A stretch of DNA of 64,000 nucleotides from the human T2T-CHM13v2.0 reference genome, Homo sapiens: assembly GCF_009914755.1 (NCBI RefSeq), contig NC_060926.1; one strand, written 5' to 3'. The notes under the pieces are model-generated. The model did not search any database and was not told where the DNA came from. It worked only from the letters and a program-made list of their open reading frames with translations. Position 1 is the stretch's first letter, and each line of letters begins with the position of its first letter. This document shows, one piece after another, positions 1-13,509 of the stretch. The position numbers were made by a program, and so were the translations under genes.

Positions 1-109
1 TCTCAAACCTATTCACATTTACTCACTTACCAGCTGTTATTGAGGCAAAAATGACAAGCATAAAAATAATAACTGGAAAGGGCCAGATAAATAATAACTA
101 TGCTGATGT

Positions 110-320
110 GAATACTTCTTGAGTAACCCCTTTACCAACTATGAACCATGTTCAAAGTCATTACACCATTCAAGTCTCACAACCACCACCTATCACATAG
201 GCATTACCATTTCCCATTTTGCAAAATGGAAGATCAGAATATTTAGTGCCTTGCTCAAGATCACAGAGCTAGTAATAAAAAAATCACATTTTTCATTCTC
301 CACTTCCGACTCAGTGATCT
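110..320 (-). mobile_element. MIR SINE fragment
   Basis: MIR core-like 'cccattttgcaaaatggaag...ccttgctcaagatcacagagctagtaa'. Confidence 0.65.
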
Positions 321-361
321 GGACAGTGCCCCACTCAGTCATTCTAAATTAAGGGCTTAAG

Positions 362-658
362 TCTGGGTTTTCCAAAAGAAGCACTGTCAAGCAGTAGTTT
401 GGGGGATGTTTACAGATGGAAAAACAAAACAGGGTTTCACTATCAGATCTTTTTTTTGGGATACACTGAGTTAAACATAGTGAAATGATTTGATTTGCTA
501 TGAGTGGGATCTATAGATCCTGTAACATGCGAATTTGCATCATGACCCCGCAGGAAAGACATGTGACCACTTCTCCATTTTTCTTTCTATAACCATGATA
601 CTGCCTTCTAAAGAACATTTTGCAGGACGTTCTTAGGAACGCACTTTGGGAAATGCTG
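362..658. mobile_element. hAT-Charlie-type DNA transposon remnant (MER103-like, tentative)
   Basis: Ends in 'cactttgggaaatgctg', a typical hAT terminal sequence. Confidence 0.4.
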
Positions 659-1006
659 TCTCAACGTGTTAGGATATTTGTGCTTTAACAGTGGAATCTG
701 GAAACCAACAATTTTCAAGGGTTTCTAAGGGTCTAGTCTGGATGGCAGGGGAGATATTTAAGGCAAGAAAACACCCAAAACACACTGTGGTAGCCACATA
801 CTGGGGAGAGTGGGCCTGAGAACCTGCTTCGCTGTTTTTTTTTTTGTCAGCCCCAGTGGGACAGAGGCCATGGGAGAGAGGGAAAAAAGTGGCCATTTAG
901 TCCTCATGTATTCCTTACAGAGGGGATGGTCATAGCTAAGGAGGTGCTGGGTTGGTGTCAAGGAAGTCACTCCCCAACTAGGAGCTCAAGATCCTGGTGG
1001 TCGGGT

Positions 1007-1330
1007 GGGAAATTCCTCTGCGAGGCTCTCAGGTTTGTGTTTTAAAGCTGTTCCTATAACCCTGGGGGTTCCAGCCAGGCAAGAGATTTTCAAAGGTTGC
1101 ATGGAAGCTGAGAAGAATTGCACAAAACACGCCGAGCCCCAAAGGGAAAAATCACATTGTTGTTAAGGCATGGAGGCCAAATCCTGCCAGCTTGTACGCA
1201 TCTAGGGCTGCGGCTGACGTCAGAGGCTGCAGGGTGTGTGCGAGCGCAGGGAGGGTTCCCCGTGCTGAGGCATGCCTCTAGCCAGCTGCTCCCAAGCTGC
1301 TGACCGCTCAGAAGTCGCTCTTAGCTAGAT
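1007..1330. promoter_or_regulatory. Candidate enhancer with NF-kB and CRE sites
   Basis: GGGAAATTCC at 1007-1016, full TGACGTCA at 1215-1222, locally raised CpG. Confidence 0.35.
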
Positions 1331-1719
1331 GCTCTCTCTTACTAAATGATGTACATATTTCATTTGGCCACCAGCTCTTTGCACAACATTTTTATCTGGA
1401 CCAGCTTTCTGAGAATCACAGGGACAACCTCTGGAGTCTTGTGTTAGAAGAGGAGGCCTGGGGGAGTTTTTGGTGGCTGAGAATAACAGAAAAGAAATCC
1501 CTTTCTGTGAATTTGTGGAGAAGCGATTCTTAAACTACTTCTGTTTTGTAAGGATCTTTTCAGAAAGGTACGAGGGAACCATGACCAAATAGAAAGAGAA
1601 AAAATGGTCTATCTTTGATGGATATTTGAAAATTGTCACCAGTAATTTTTTTGGGAGGCCCATGATAAATACCTTTCATCCTGATAAATCTCAGAACTAA
1701 GAGTGTTGGCAGGAGTCTG

Positions 1720-2039
1720 TTTTTTGTTGTTGTTGTTGTTTGTTTTTGTGTTTTTTTGAGATGGAGTCTTGCTCTGTTGCCCAGGCTAGAATGCAGTGTC
1801 ATGATTTCTGCTCACTGCAACCTCTGCCTCCTGGAAACAAGCAATTCTTGTGCCTCAGCCTCCCAAGTACTTGAGATTACAGATGTGCACCACCACACCC
1901 AGCTAATTTTTGTATTTGTAGTAGAGATGGGGTTTCGCCATGTTGGCCAGGCTGGTCTTGAACTCCGTGGCCTCTGTGATCCACATGCCTCGACCTCCCA
2001 AAGTGCTAGGATTACAGGTGTGAGCCACTGCACCCAGCC
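1720..2039 (-). mobile_element. Alu (S/J type), full length
   Basis: Antisense dimeric Alu with (GTT)n/T tail; TSD-like aggagtctg/aggaatctg. Confidence 0.95.
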
Positions 2040-2244
2040 AGGAATCTGGTTTATTGGAGCTTCTAAGTCCTTTCCTTGTGTGCTCATCTCCAGGTTAATG
2101 GAAGTTGCCACATGTTTACACTTTTTAGTAGTCAACCTCTTTTTACCTAATTAATGATTCTTTGTATTAAATATTTTCTGCTCAATTTCCTTGTGTGACT
2201 TCTGGCTTCTTCATGAACCGTGACTGACACAGGTGATTGGCGAC

Positions 2245-2980
2245 TTGGATTTTTATATTTTCCTGGTGGATGAACTCTTTCATCATGATGACATTACTGT
2301 CTTTATTTCCAGGAACACTTTTTGCCTTAAAGCCAAAGTTACTTTGTTTTATAGTAGTACAAAAAATCCATCTTTTTTTTGGTTCGTGTTTGCATGAAAT
2401 ATTTTTTTCTTTTTACTGTTGACCTTTCTATATGTTTACTTTTAAGACATAGTTCTTTGCAATTAGTATGTAGTTGGGTTTGCATTAAGTATAGTTTTTT
2501 TGTAATTAGCATATAGCTGGTTTTCATTTAAGATGTTTTTTGTAATTAGCAGCATGTGGTTGGGTTTTGTTTAAGGTTAGCTTTTTGTAATTAGCGTGTA
2601 GTTGGGTTGTGTATAAGGTGTTGTTTTTTGTAATTAGCATGTAGTTGGGTTTTGTTTAAGGGGTGTTTTTTTGTAATTAGCAAGTAGTTGGGTTTTGTTT
2701 GCCCTTGTTCCAGGGATCTTGCCTTTCTGGGGTTCCAACAGGAAGCTCAGATGTTACCAGGCCCCATCTCCTTGAGACCAGCAAAATCTCTGTTCAGCTT
2801 CCCAGCTTCGCATCTCCAACTTTCTGTTCAGTAGCCACTAGTCTCACCCAGAGGTGAGACTAACCCTAGAGGTTAGTCCCTCAAATTCTGGTCCCTCAAA
2901 TTCTTGCTTTCTTGGTTGCCTTTCAATACCTTCAAACAGGTTTTTAAAAAGTCTAGTTTTTCTAGGATTGTTCTGAAGCA
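2245..2980 (-). mobile_element. Old L1M fragment containing a minisatellite
   Basis: T-rich antisense L1 ORF2 5'-like sequence ('tttttgccttaaag', 'gtgtttgcatgaaatattt'). Confidence 0.55.
2452..2700. repeat. Minisatellite, 6 copies of ~41 bp
   Basis: Unit approx. tttttgtaattagcatgtagttgggttttgtttaaggtg, seen directly. Confidence 0.9.
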
Positions 2981-3809
2981 AGTTGTTCTTCTATTGCTAG
3001 AAATGGAAACCTGGAAATATTCAACCGGCAAAAAATGTATTATCCTTAAGAAACTAGTAGCTCTAAGCATTTACCTTAAACAAAATAAGAGTAAGAAAGA
3101 AAAAGCAAATACAACACGAGCTCTTAAAACCCAAACTAGTGGCCCATAGCTTGGAAATGAAGACATGCAATGCCTGTTAAGAACTGATAAGGAATGATAG
3201 AATTGGATTCACAGGATGGTGAATACTGTGACATTATCTTGATTGAGATAAGGAAGGACATGAGGGGAAGTGGTGGTGTTTGATGGGGAGGACACTCAGC
3301 TCCCTTTCTTGCCACTACTGTGTTATGGCCTGGAAAAACTCATGGAACAAGATGGTAGCCAGAGCCCTCTGATACTAAGGAAGATGTAGGGGAATCCCTG
3401 CTAAGGTAAAACCAGATTAAATCTAGTTAATATTTAATTAAAATTTTTAACTAGATGGATAGTTGCGTCTTGGTGGTTGTATTTCTTTACATGCTGGTTT
3501 ATATCATATTTTAATTTAAATTGCAAACAATTTTCAGTTATTTCACTACAGTATCTGGCATATAGATACCTTAATAGGCACTGGTGGGAGGAACGCAGTC
3601 AGCATAATTGGCAGTTAGCGCGTTATCCCTGCAATTCAGTAACTTAAGCAGGAGTTTGCTTCTAACGCTTTGGGGCTCTCACCCTTTAGTAAGCCTCATC
3701 TTTCAGTGGGAAGTAATGAAAATGTAGACATGCCATTTTAGGATAAGTTAATCAGGCTCCCTGGGTCTGGCCTGGCCCTTAATGACTAATCATGTAATGG
3801 TGGCTGTTA

Positions 3810-3990
3810 GGAGTGATGGAAAGCAAGAGACTAGCTTTGGGGTCAGATGACCTGGGATAGAGCCCCTCTCGGACACTCACCAGCTTCATGACTTGGAAAA
3901 GTTACTTAATCTCCCTGAGCCTCAGTTTCCTTACCGTACTGCTTTACAGGCCTACTGTGAGGAATGAATGAGACAAGGTATAAAGTACCC
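3810..3990 (+). mobile_element. MIR
   Basis: 'gacttggaaaagttacttaatctccctgagcctcagtttcct' MIR core. Confidence 0.8.
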
Positions 3991-4154
3991 TTTGCAGTGT
4001 AAATTCTTAGACGTTAATTCTCCTCTTTGGCCCCTTTCCCACGGAGGCCATGCATTCATTGAGTCCTCATGGGAGCTTATGGGTGTATTGTTTTCCAGCT
4101 CATGGAGGCAGGACTGACAGATTCACATCTGAAAGGTAATGCCATTTAGGTGGC

Positions 4155-4808
4155 TGTATAGAGCACCCTTGACATAACTAACTCATCTTAGAGAAAGTCT
4201 CCATGTTATATTTCATAGGGCACTTTGCCAACAAGGATAAGATGTTTTGCTTAATAAACAAATAAAATAATAAAGACTACATCCAACCAGATACGGACAC
4301 AAACAAGCACACTCTTCCACTATCAGTTCTCACCAGAGGACTCTGACCATAAAAGAGTGGGCCTTCAGCATCTCGAAACGGCCGTCAACTGACAGCTGTC
4401 TTGCAGTCACTCCTGATAAGAACTCGGCATCTACCGCCAAGAACTCTTTCTGCCAAGACTGATCGCCTGGCCCAGACCCGGGATTCCTTTTGACGTCTTT
4501 GCTTCCCCGGGACTGGCTCGTTAGCCTTTTGTCCTATCTCTTTTTCTCTTGGCGCTAAATGTTACCTTGTTTGTTATGTGGAAAGTTTAATCTGTATCAT
4601 TTATATATTAACTTTACTATTATATGTGTTTTGCAATATTTGTAGCTGTGACTCCTGAGTGAACAGGAAGTACTAAGGAGAATTGCCTTCTTGGGAAGAC
4701 CATGCAGCTCGTGGTTTTTGTGATTGAAATAGCATTAATAAAAGCCTGACATTGTGGAAAAACACAAGCATATGTGGACCTGTCTCTAACTTTGCATTAT
4801 TCATGACA
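4155..4808 (+). mobile_element. Solo ERV LTR (MER89/MER90-like, tentative)
   Basis: TG...CA termini, AATAAA near 3' end, LTR-type 'aactcatcttagag' motif. Confidence 0.6.
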
Positions 4809-5129
4809 GTCCCTTAAAGGAGTCTGTTCCAAATTCAAGTCGAAGACAGTTACTCAACAGAATATGCAAAGAACAAAGAATGAAGTTAGAGGCCATCTGC
4901 AACTTTGGTCTCACTGGGATGGGGGCAGAACTTAGGAACAAATGGGAAGGAACCCATGTCAGGTGGGTTCTTTTCTCATTCCTTTTGGCATCTCTGTTAT
5001 TCCTTATGTGGTCTCAAATTGGTTCCTAAAATATGGTAAAGCCAGGATGGATATAAGGGAGAAAGCAGTGAGCTGGGGGATGCTTTCTGCCTGTGCCTAC
5101 TGTTCTGACATCTGGTTATGAAATCATTC

Positions 5130-5282
5130 TAATAGCTAATGCTTCCCGAGCTCTTTCTATGTGTCAGGCAGTGTTTTACATATATTAACTGACTTACCCT
5201 CCGTCACATAGCTTTTAAGTGTCAGAATGAAGATTCATAGCTGGGCAGTCTGGCTCCAGAGCGCTGCTCTTAAACTCTGTTG
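5130..5282 (-). mobile_element. MIR
   Basis: 'cagtctggctccagagcgctgctcttaa' MIR head, antisense. Confidence 0.75.
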
Positions 5283-5339
5283 CCTCTTTGTGTACGCATA
5301 TACTTTGTCTTCCCTGGCTGTTCCATGCAAACCTTGGTG

Positions 5340-5735
5340 AACATGCCCTAACTGAACTCTTCATCCTGCCTCCCAGACCTGCTCCTGCTGCACTTAGGAT
5401 TTCAGGTGATCTCTCTTTCACCCGCATGGTTACCCAAGTTGAAGCCCCAAGAGCCCTCCTGGATCCCATGCTGGTCACTTCAGGCCTCACATTTAAACAA
5501 TCACCTATTTGTATTGATCTGATCTCTCAAATTTGTCTAAAATCGGAACCTCTCCCCTCCATCCCCAGTGTCAATGCCTGCTCTGATCTTCTACCTGGAC
5601 TATTGCATTAGAGAGCAGCCTCTGGAGGGGGCTCCCTGACTCTAGTTTTCCTGGCTTTGGTCTACTCTGCAGAGTGCACAGAAAGAACAGAGAAAATGCT
5701 GGCCTCTGCATGCAGTCTTCTGTTTAAAAAGCCTC
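5340..5735 (+). mobile_element. L2 fragment
   Basis: 'aactgaactcttcatc', 'ctacctggactattgca' L2 signatures. Confidence 0.7.
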
Positions 5736-5739
5736 TGGT

Positions 5740-5822
5740 AGTTGCAGTGAGCCAGCATCACGCCACTGCACTCCAGCCTGGGTAATGGAGCAAGACTCCA
5801 TCTCAAAAATAAAAAAATAAAA
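5740..5822 (+). mobile_element. 5'-truncated Alu (right-arm 3' end only)
   Basis: gttgcagtgagcc...gcaagactccatctc followed by A tail. Confidence 0.9.
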
Positions 5823-5827
5823 AGCTT

Positions 5828-6134
5828 GGCCGGGTGCAGTGGCTCATGCCTGTAATCCCAGCACTTTGGGAGGCTGAGGTGGGTGGATCACGAGGTCAGG
5901 AGATCGAGACCATCCTGGCTAACACGGTGAAACCTCGTCTCTACTAAAAATACAAAAAATTAGCCGGGCGTGGTGGCGGGCGCCTGTAGTCCCAGCTACA
6001 TGGGAGGGTGAGGCAGGAGAATGGCGTGAATCCAGGAGGCAGAGTTTGCGATGAGCCGAGATCACACCACTGCACTCCAGCCTGGGTGACAGAGCAAGAC
6101 TCCGTCTCAAAAAATAAAATAAATAAATAAAAAA
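5828..6134 (+). mobile_element. AluY
   Basis: Diagnostic 'gatcacgaggtcaggagatcgagaccatcctggctaacacgg' and 'gaatggcgtgaa'; TSD aaaaagctt. Confidence 0.95.
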
Positions 6135-6174
6135 GCTTCCGGTGGCCCCCTCTGACCCATGGAAGGCACTAGAA

Positions 6175-6380
6175 CCTGAAGAGTATCGACCCCAGAGTCA
6201 GACAGCCAGGAGTTGTGAATCCTAGCTTCACCATTTAATAAGAGCTTCTTGAAAAATCTCATGCAAAAATTGAGGATTACCAGAAAACCTACCCCATAGA
6301 TGTTGTGAGTGTCAATTGAGTTCATATGTGTAAGGCACCGGGCATCATGTGTGGTGAGGAAGGACTCAGCAATTGTTGCC
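6175..6380 (+). mobile_element. MIR
   Basis: 'cagagtcagacagccagg...cctaccccatagatgttgtgag'. Confidence 0.65.
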
Positions 6381-6560
6381 TGTGTTTTTTATTACACTAT
6401 AAAGCTCAGAACCCTTAGCTTGCTTTATGTTTCTCTATATGGTATTTTCAGTGGAATATCTTGCATATCCCTATATATATTTTTTCATGTTTGAGCCACC
6501 CTAAACCTCATTATTCCAGGATTCATCAGTATTTAAACTTAGCATTTTTTTTCTTCTCTA

Positions 6561-7524
<964 letters not shown>

Positions 7525-7801
7525 CCTCCTTTTTATTTCTTCACCTCGACTGACATGGAGTCTGAAGCTAAGCAGGGGATCAGTATGCACATGGACTGCT
7601 GAGAGGCTGCTCTTTCTCATGTTTAGTGTTGGTCACTGAATTCTGCCTCTGGTCCTTGGCTGTCTGGAGGAGCAACTGAACATGGACAAAAGGTAAAAAA
7701 CTCATTAAAGAGGTGACAGATGTCACTCAGAGGAAATGAATACACCTTGAAGGGGGTATGTTTTAATCAGAGACAAAGAAGCTCTCCAGCAGTTCTAGAA
7801 A

Positions 7802-7995
7802 ATGATAGCCAAGATTTGTTGATTATCATATGCCAGGCACTGTGCTAAACACCTCACATACATTATCTGTTTTTAATGTCAAAACAAACTTGTGAGGTGT
7901 TACTATTATTTTCATTTTACAAATGTGACACCAAGATTTAGGAAGATTGAGTTACTTGTTGAGAGTTGAACCCAGCTGTCTGATGACAAAGTCTA
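7802..7995 (-). mobile_element. MIR
   Basis: 'tgccaggcactgtgctaaacac...ttttcattttacaaatg'. Confidence 0.8.
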
Positions 7996-8161
7996 TTATT
8001 ATTTTCAGAAGTCTCTAAAATATCAGTCCTTCAAAACTCCATCTGGTCAATGGATCAATTGGGTTAGTGGTTTTTAAACTTTTGACCTTAGTCCACAGTA
8101 ACAAATACATTTTCTTTCATGACCATGACTCATGACTCAGGACACACACACACTCTTATAA

Positions 8162-8461
<300 letters not shown>

Positions 8462-9449
8462 TGTACACTCATATTTACATGCCCACATATGAAAAGTAAA
8501 ACTGAAACAAAAGTTTCACAACTCAATAGTTGCACTTCCTATACGTTTTCTATTAAATTTTCATTTTATTGCAAAGAAAAGGCTTATTATAACCACCAGA
8601 TTTGTACGTGGTAATTTGCACTTTGAAAGTCTTAGAATATTTTTAATCCTTTTTCAAATTATTGGATCCTTATGTTTCTGTATTTCTTGGAAATCCTTTT
8701 AGGCTTATCCCACCCACTAGTCATTCCAGGAAATACCTTCTCATCATATATATAGACATTTAGTATGACATGGTCATAAGATCTTAGAGTATTGTTTTGT
8801 AGAAATTGCTAAAAAGGTATTTTGTAAAGTGGATTTTTTTGTGTGTTTTGTAACAGGAGAATTTGCTTTTATTTATCTTATTACCAAAAGAAATTGTATT
8901 ATACTGATCATTTCCATATGTATTTTTAAAGTTGCTTGGCTGGGTTGAATCTTTATTCTTTAAGTTACAAGGACATTGCATTCAAATAAAAGGAACAATC
9001 ATAATATTATTAATTAGAGCAGTAAGGCTTTGGTTTCCATGCAAATAAGCATAATTGAAATAGAACTGAGTTTTTTTTAAAGTGGATTTTGAAACTGGTG
9101 GAAAAACTTGGAAAACAAATATCTCAAAGCTAAAGCAAATGCAATCTGTATATGTAAATGAGATTGATTAATTTTAGCAGGCAAATGAGAAAATCAATGA
9201 TTTTCAAAATCGAGTAATTTGGTAACCATTAGTTTCATTAGTCTTTCTGTTTCAAACTTAATTATTTAAATATAGAACTAGATTGAAGTATAATTTATGG
9301 AGAAATCATCCTTAAATTAATTACATGCAAGCTTTCCCCTATAAATGGAAGAATTGAAGGTGAAATTATAAATGCTTATTGCAGAGCATGGAATCCTTTG
9401 GTCGTGGCTTGTTCGGGTTTGACTTGGGAGATGATGTGGAAATGGGAGT

Positions 9450-9660
9450 ACACTAACTTTGACTCAAAGCAAGATCTGAATCTCAGCTTTGACTCTAACT
9501 GTGAGCTTTTAGGCAACTTTCTTAACTTCTAAAGGGCTTCACATTTCTTAACTATTATATTAGAGAATTATATCTATGTTGCAGAGCAATTGTACAGACT
9601 AAATAAGGAAATGTATGTGAAAATCTTAGCCTAGCGTCAGGCACACAGATAAGGCTTTTA
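9450..9660 (+). mobile_element. MIR
   Basis: Degenerate MIR core and tail. Confidence 0.55.
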
Positions 9661-10078
9661 TTAGGAATGGTGTCCCCAAACCCCTCACCTTCCTGGGTGG
9701 ATGGAGGAAGGCTTGGGTTCAGGAAATTCTGTGTTTCTGGGACTGCTTAGGGGAGAGTGCATGGTCTGCTGGCATTTCCCCATTAGTTAGCAGTATTCTT
9801 ATCTATGACATTCTGTGGATCTCTCACAGCATCACTTCCATCAGGAAACCAAGATGGGCTTTAGCAGGTAGGTCCTTCGAATTGTTGAAAAGGCCAGAAC
9901 AGCAGATGAGGTAGGGAGAAACTCATACATTTGGTTTTGTTTTTATTTCCCCATTGCAATGATTGGTTTTCCTAATATTTTTCATTTCCTCATCTCGCCA
10001 AATTGTCTCATTATGACAATCATGATAACCAATACTCATATGACACCTACTCAATGATTTTGTGGGATAACTAGGGTA

Positions 10079-10448
10079 GGTATTAGTCTGTTCTCATGCT
10101 GCTGTAAGGATATACCCGAGACTGGGTAATTTATAAAGGAAAGAGGATTAATTGACTCAGGTCCACAGGGCCCGGGAGGCCTCAGGAAACTTACAATTTT
10201 GGTGGAAAAGGAAGCAAATATGTCCTTCTTCACAAGATGGCAGGAGAGAAGAATGAGAGCTGAGAGAAGGAGGAAGCCCCTTCTAAAACCATCAGATCTC
10301 ATGAGAGCTTACTATCATGAGAATCACATGGGAGAAACCACCCCCATGATTCGATGACCTCCCACTAGGTCCCTCCCACCACACATGGGGATTATGGGAA
10401 CTACAATTCAAGATGAAATTTGAGTGGGGACACAGTCAAACCATATCA
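10079..10448 (-). mobile_element. THE1-type MaLR LTR inserted in a MIR
   Basis: tattagtctgttctcatgctgc...ggggacacagtcaaaccatatca. Confidence 0.9.
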
Positions 10449-10599
10449 GGTATTATTGTGGACATTATATAGATGAGGAAATAGAAGCTCGGAGAGGTTA
10501 CATGGACTGCCCAAGACCATGCAGCTAGAAAGAGATTGAGATTCATACCCATCTGGAGTTTCCAAGTTTGTTTTATATATATACTATATATACTTAAAT

Positions 10600-11390
10600 T
10601 ACATTTAATTTTTAAAATTAACACATAATAATTGTACATATTCATGGGGTACATAGTGATATTGTGATACATATATAGTGTATAGTGATCAGATCTGGGT
10701 CATTAGTATATTCATCATTTAAAGAATTTGTCATTTCTTTGTTCATTCCATATCCTCCTTCAATACTCAATATCCTCCTGGCTATTTAAACTATTTAATA
10801 TATTATTAACTATGCTCATCCTGCTGTGGTACAGAACACTAGAACTTATTCCTCCTATCTAGCTGTAATTTTGTGTCTTTTAACAAATCTTGTCCTATCC
10901 TCTCCCTCCTCCACCCTTTTCAGCCTTTCATATCCTGTTTTACTATTTGCCTCTATGACATAAACTTTTTTTTCTTTCTTCTTCTTCTTCTCTTTTTTTT
11001 TCCCGAAGTTTCGCTCTTGTCGCCCTGGCTGGAGGGCAATGGAGTAATCTTGGCTCACTGCAACCTCCGCCTTCTGGGTTCAAGTGATTCTTCTTCCTTA
11101 GACTCCCAAGTAGCTGGGATTGCAGGCATCTGCCACCATGCCTGGCTAATTTTTGTATTTTTAGTACAGAGCGGTTTTCACCATGTTGGCCAGGCTCATC
11201 TCAAACTCCTGACCTCAGGTGATCCACCCGCCTCAGCCTCCCAAAGTGCTGGGATTATAGGCGTGAGCCACCATGCTTGGCCAACATCAACTTAAAGTTT
11301 CCACATATGAGTCAGAACACGCGGTGTTTGACTTTGTGTTCCTGGCTTATTTTCTTCTAATATAATGTCCCCCCAGTTTCATCCATGAGC
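10600..11390 (-). mobile_element. L1MA-type 3' end, interrupted by an Alu
   Basis: 'ataattgtacatattcatggggtacatagtgata' antisense L1MA 3' UTR. Confidence 0.8.
10966..11282 (-). mobile_element. AluS (Sp/Sq-like)
   Basis: 'gtttcgctcttgtcgcc', full antisense dimer. Confidence 0.95.
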
Positions 11391-11659
11391 TTTATTCTTC
11401 TGAATCAAGCTTTGCCCTGCATGGATGCTGCTGGTGGGCCACAGGCAAGGCTTGGTGAAATGGTACATGTCATTGCAGGCCCTGCTGCACTGGGGGAGAG
11501 TGGCAGATGAGAATTGGTCTGATGTTAGTTGAAATTTCTTCTTCAGAGCTTAGCAGGCTGGTCAGCAGATGGAAGATCATTAAACTGAAGAGAACCATCT
11601 GACCCAAAAAGGGAAAGATCACCAGGGCGAACACAGTCAGGAGTCATTCACTTTCCCCA

Positions 11660-13500
11660 GCACAGTGAACCTAGAATAGCACAGAACAATTTTTAAAAAG
11701 TAGAAGACAATTGGAAGACTTATATGAGTTGATTTTAAGTCTTAACATAAAGCTACAGTAATCCAGAGAGTGTGGTATTGGCATAAAGGTAAACATATAG
11801 ATCAATAGAATAGAAAAAGAGTCTAGTAACAAACCCACACATAAATGGTGAATTGATTTTTGACGAAGATGCGAAGACAATTCAATAAGAAATGTTCTAA
11901 TTGTCAATTAGAACAATTCACAATACATATGCACAACAATGAACTTCATTTCAACCTTTACTGTACACAAAAGTTAATCTAAAATGGGCCATAGACCTAA
12001 ATGCAAAGCCTAAAACCATAAAACTTCTAGAGAAAAACATAGGAGAAATTCTTGGTGATCTTGGGATAGGCAAAGCTTTCTTAGATAAGACCCAAAAAGC
12101 ATTAATCATAAAAGAAAAAATAAATAAATTGGGCACAGTAACTTCTATTTTTCAAAATATACTTTGAGAAAATGAAATAAAAAGACACACGGGAGAAACT
12201 ATTCAAAAAATGTATATCTAATACAAATATTTGGAATATAAAACTCTTACAACTCAATAAGAATAAAAATTGACAAAAGACTTGAATATACACTTCAAAA
12301 AAGAAGAGATACAAGTGGTCAATAAACACCTGAAAAGATGCCCAACATTATTAGTTATCTTGGAAACGCAAATTAAAACCTCAATGAGACACCACTTCAC
12401 ACTGACCAAAATGATTAAAAAGGCTGACATTATCAAGTTTTTCTGAAGAGGTAGAGTAATCCAAACTTTCATAAATTACTGGTGGGATCATAAAACAGTT
12501 CAACCCTATTTGAAAAGAGCTGGACAGTCTCTCATAAAGATAAACATGCCCTGACCATATGACCCAGAAATTCCACTCCTAGATATTTACCTAACAGAAA
12601 TAAAACCATATGCCCAAAGATTTATACACGAATGTTTCTAGATGCTTTATTCATGTTCATCAACAAACTGGAAACAAGTAAAATGTCCATCAGCAATTGA
12701 ATGGATAAACAAACCGTGGTAAATTTGTAAAATAAAGCACTGCTCAGCAATAAAAAATAAAATACTGATAGAACAACATTGATGTACCTCCAGAACCTTC
12801 TCAGTGAAAGAATTCAGACACAAAAGATGCTATTTATGAGACATTCTTGAACTGCCAGATTAATCATTGGTGATAGAAATGAAACCAACCCAATAGTTCC
12901 ATAGATTTTTTTTGGGAGGGGGGTAAACATAGAAATTAAACCTTATGTTAGTAAAAGGTTCTATTTGAGTTCCTTCCTCAGGAAATGACCTTCAGGCCTC
13001 TCAACCTACCAAATTTTGAGTTTCTAGTGAAACTCATCAGATCACCACATCCGGACAATGAGATGCCAGACCCCTCATTCATCATGATTGCTTCATTGCC
13101 CCTCCTTAGTTCCTGTTTTCTTACACATTGTTGCATTTCTTCCTTGCTATCAACACCCCTAATTTTAGCTGGTCAGGGAGATGGATTTGAGACTGAGCTC
13201 CCGTCTCCTTGGCTGCAGCATCCAATTAAAGCCTTCTGCCTTGGCAATACTCATCATCTTAGTCACTGGCTTTCTGTGTGAGGAGCAGCAGGGCCTAGAT
13301 GGAATGCCTGGTGTTTCAGTAACACACAACCTATCAATGATAGGTGGGGTGCCAATGATTGGCTGAAAAGCAGAACAAAGGGAAATCCTGGGGTGGAGCA
13401 CTCTACATCTTTTTGCCCACTTGTGTAGATACTGTCAAAACTCTTCAAACCATATGTGTAAAACATGAAATATATTGCATGTAAATTGTATCTTCACAAA
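11660..13500 (+). mobile_element. Old L1M ORF2 3' part and 3' UTR, interrupted by an LTR
   Basis: 'aaagctacagtaatc...gtgtggtattggcataaagg', 'aaaacttctagagaaaaacataggagaaa'. Confidence 0.85.
12880..13324 (+). mobile_element. Solo LTR (LTR47-like, tentative)
   Basis: tgaaaccaacccaatagttcccatag...ggtgtttcagtaaca; same family as 7047 and 17198. Confidence 0.75.
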
Positions 13501-13509
13501 AGGCAAAAA

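Noticed and set aside
1756-2154. ORFs such as [14 protein letters not shown]... (also at 6558, 10873, 36874, 54235, 58778)
   Set aside because: Standard antisense-Alu translation artefacts
2452-2700. CRISPR-like periodicity
   Set aside because: Units are contiguous degenerate repeats without unique spacers, in eukaryotic L1-derived sequence
2839-2878. Two overlapping 8-10 bp hairpins
   Set aside because: Short, inside an old L1 relic, and plausible by chance
8126-8139. Tandem AP-1 sites TGACTCA x2
   Set aside because: Looks like simple slippage within a probable DNA-transposon remnant; no other support
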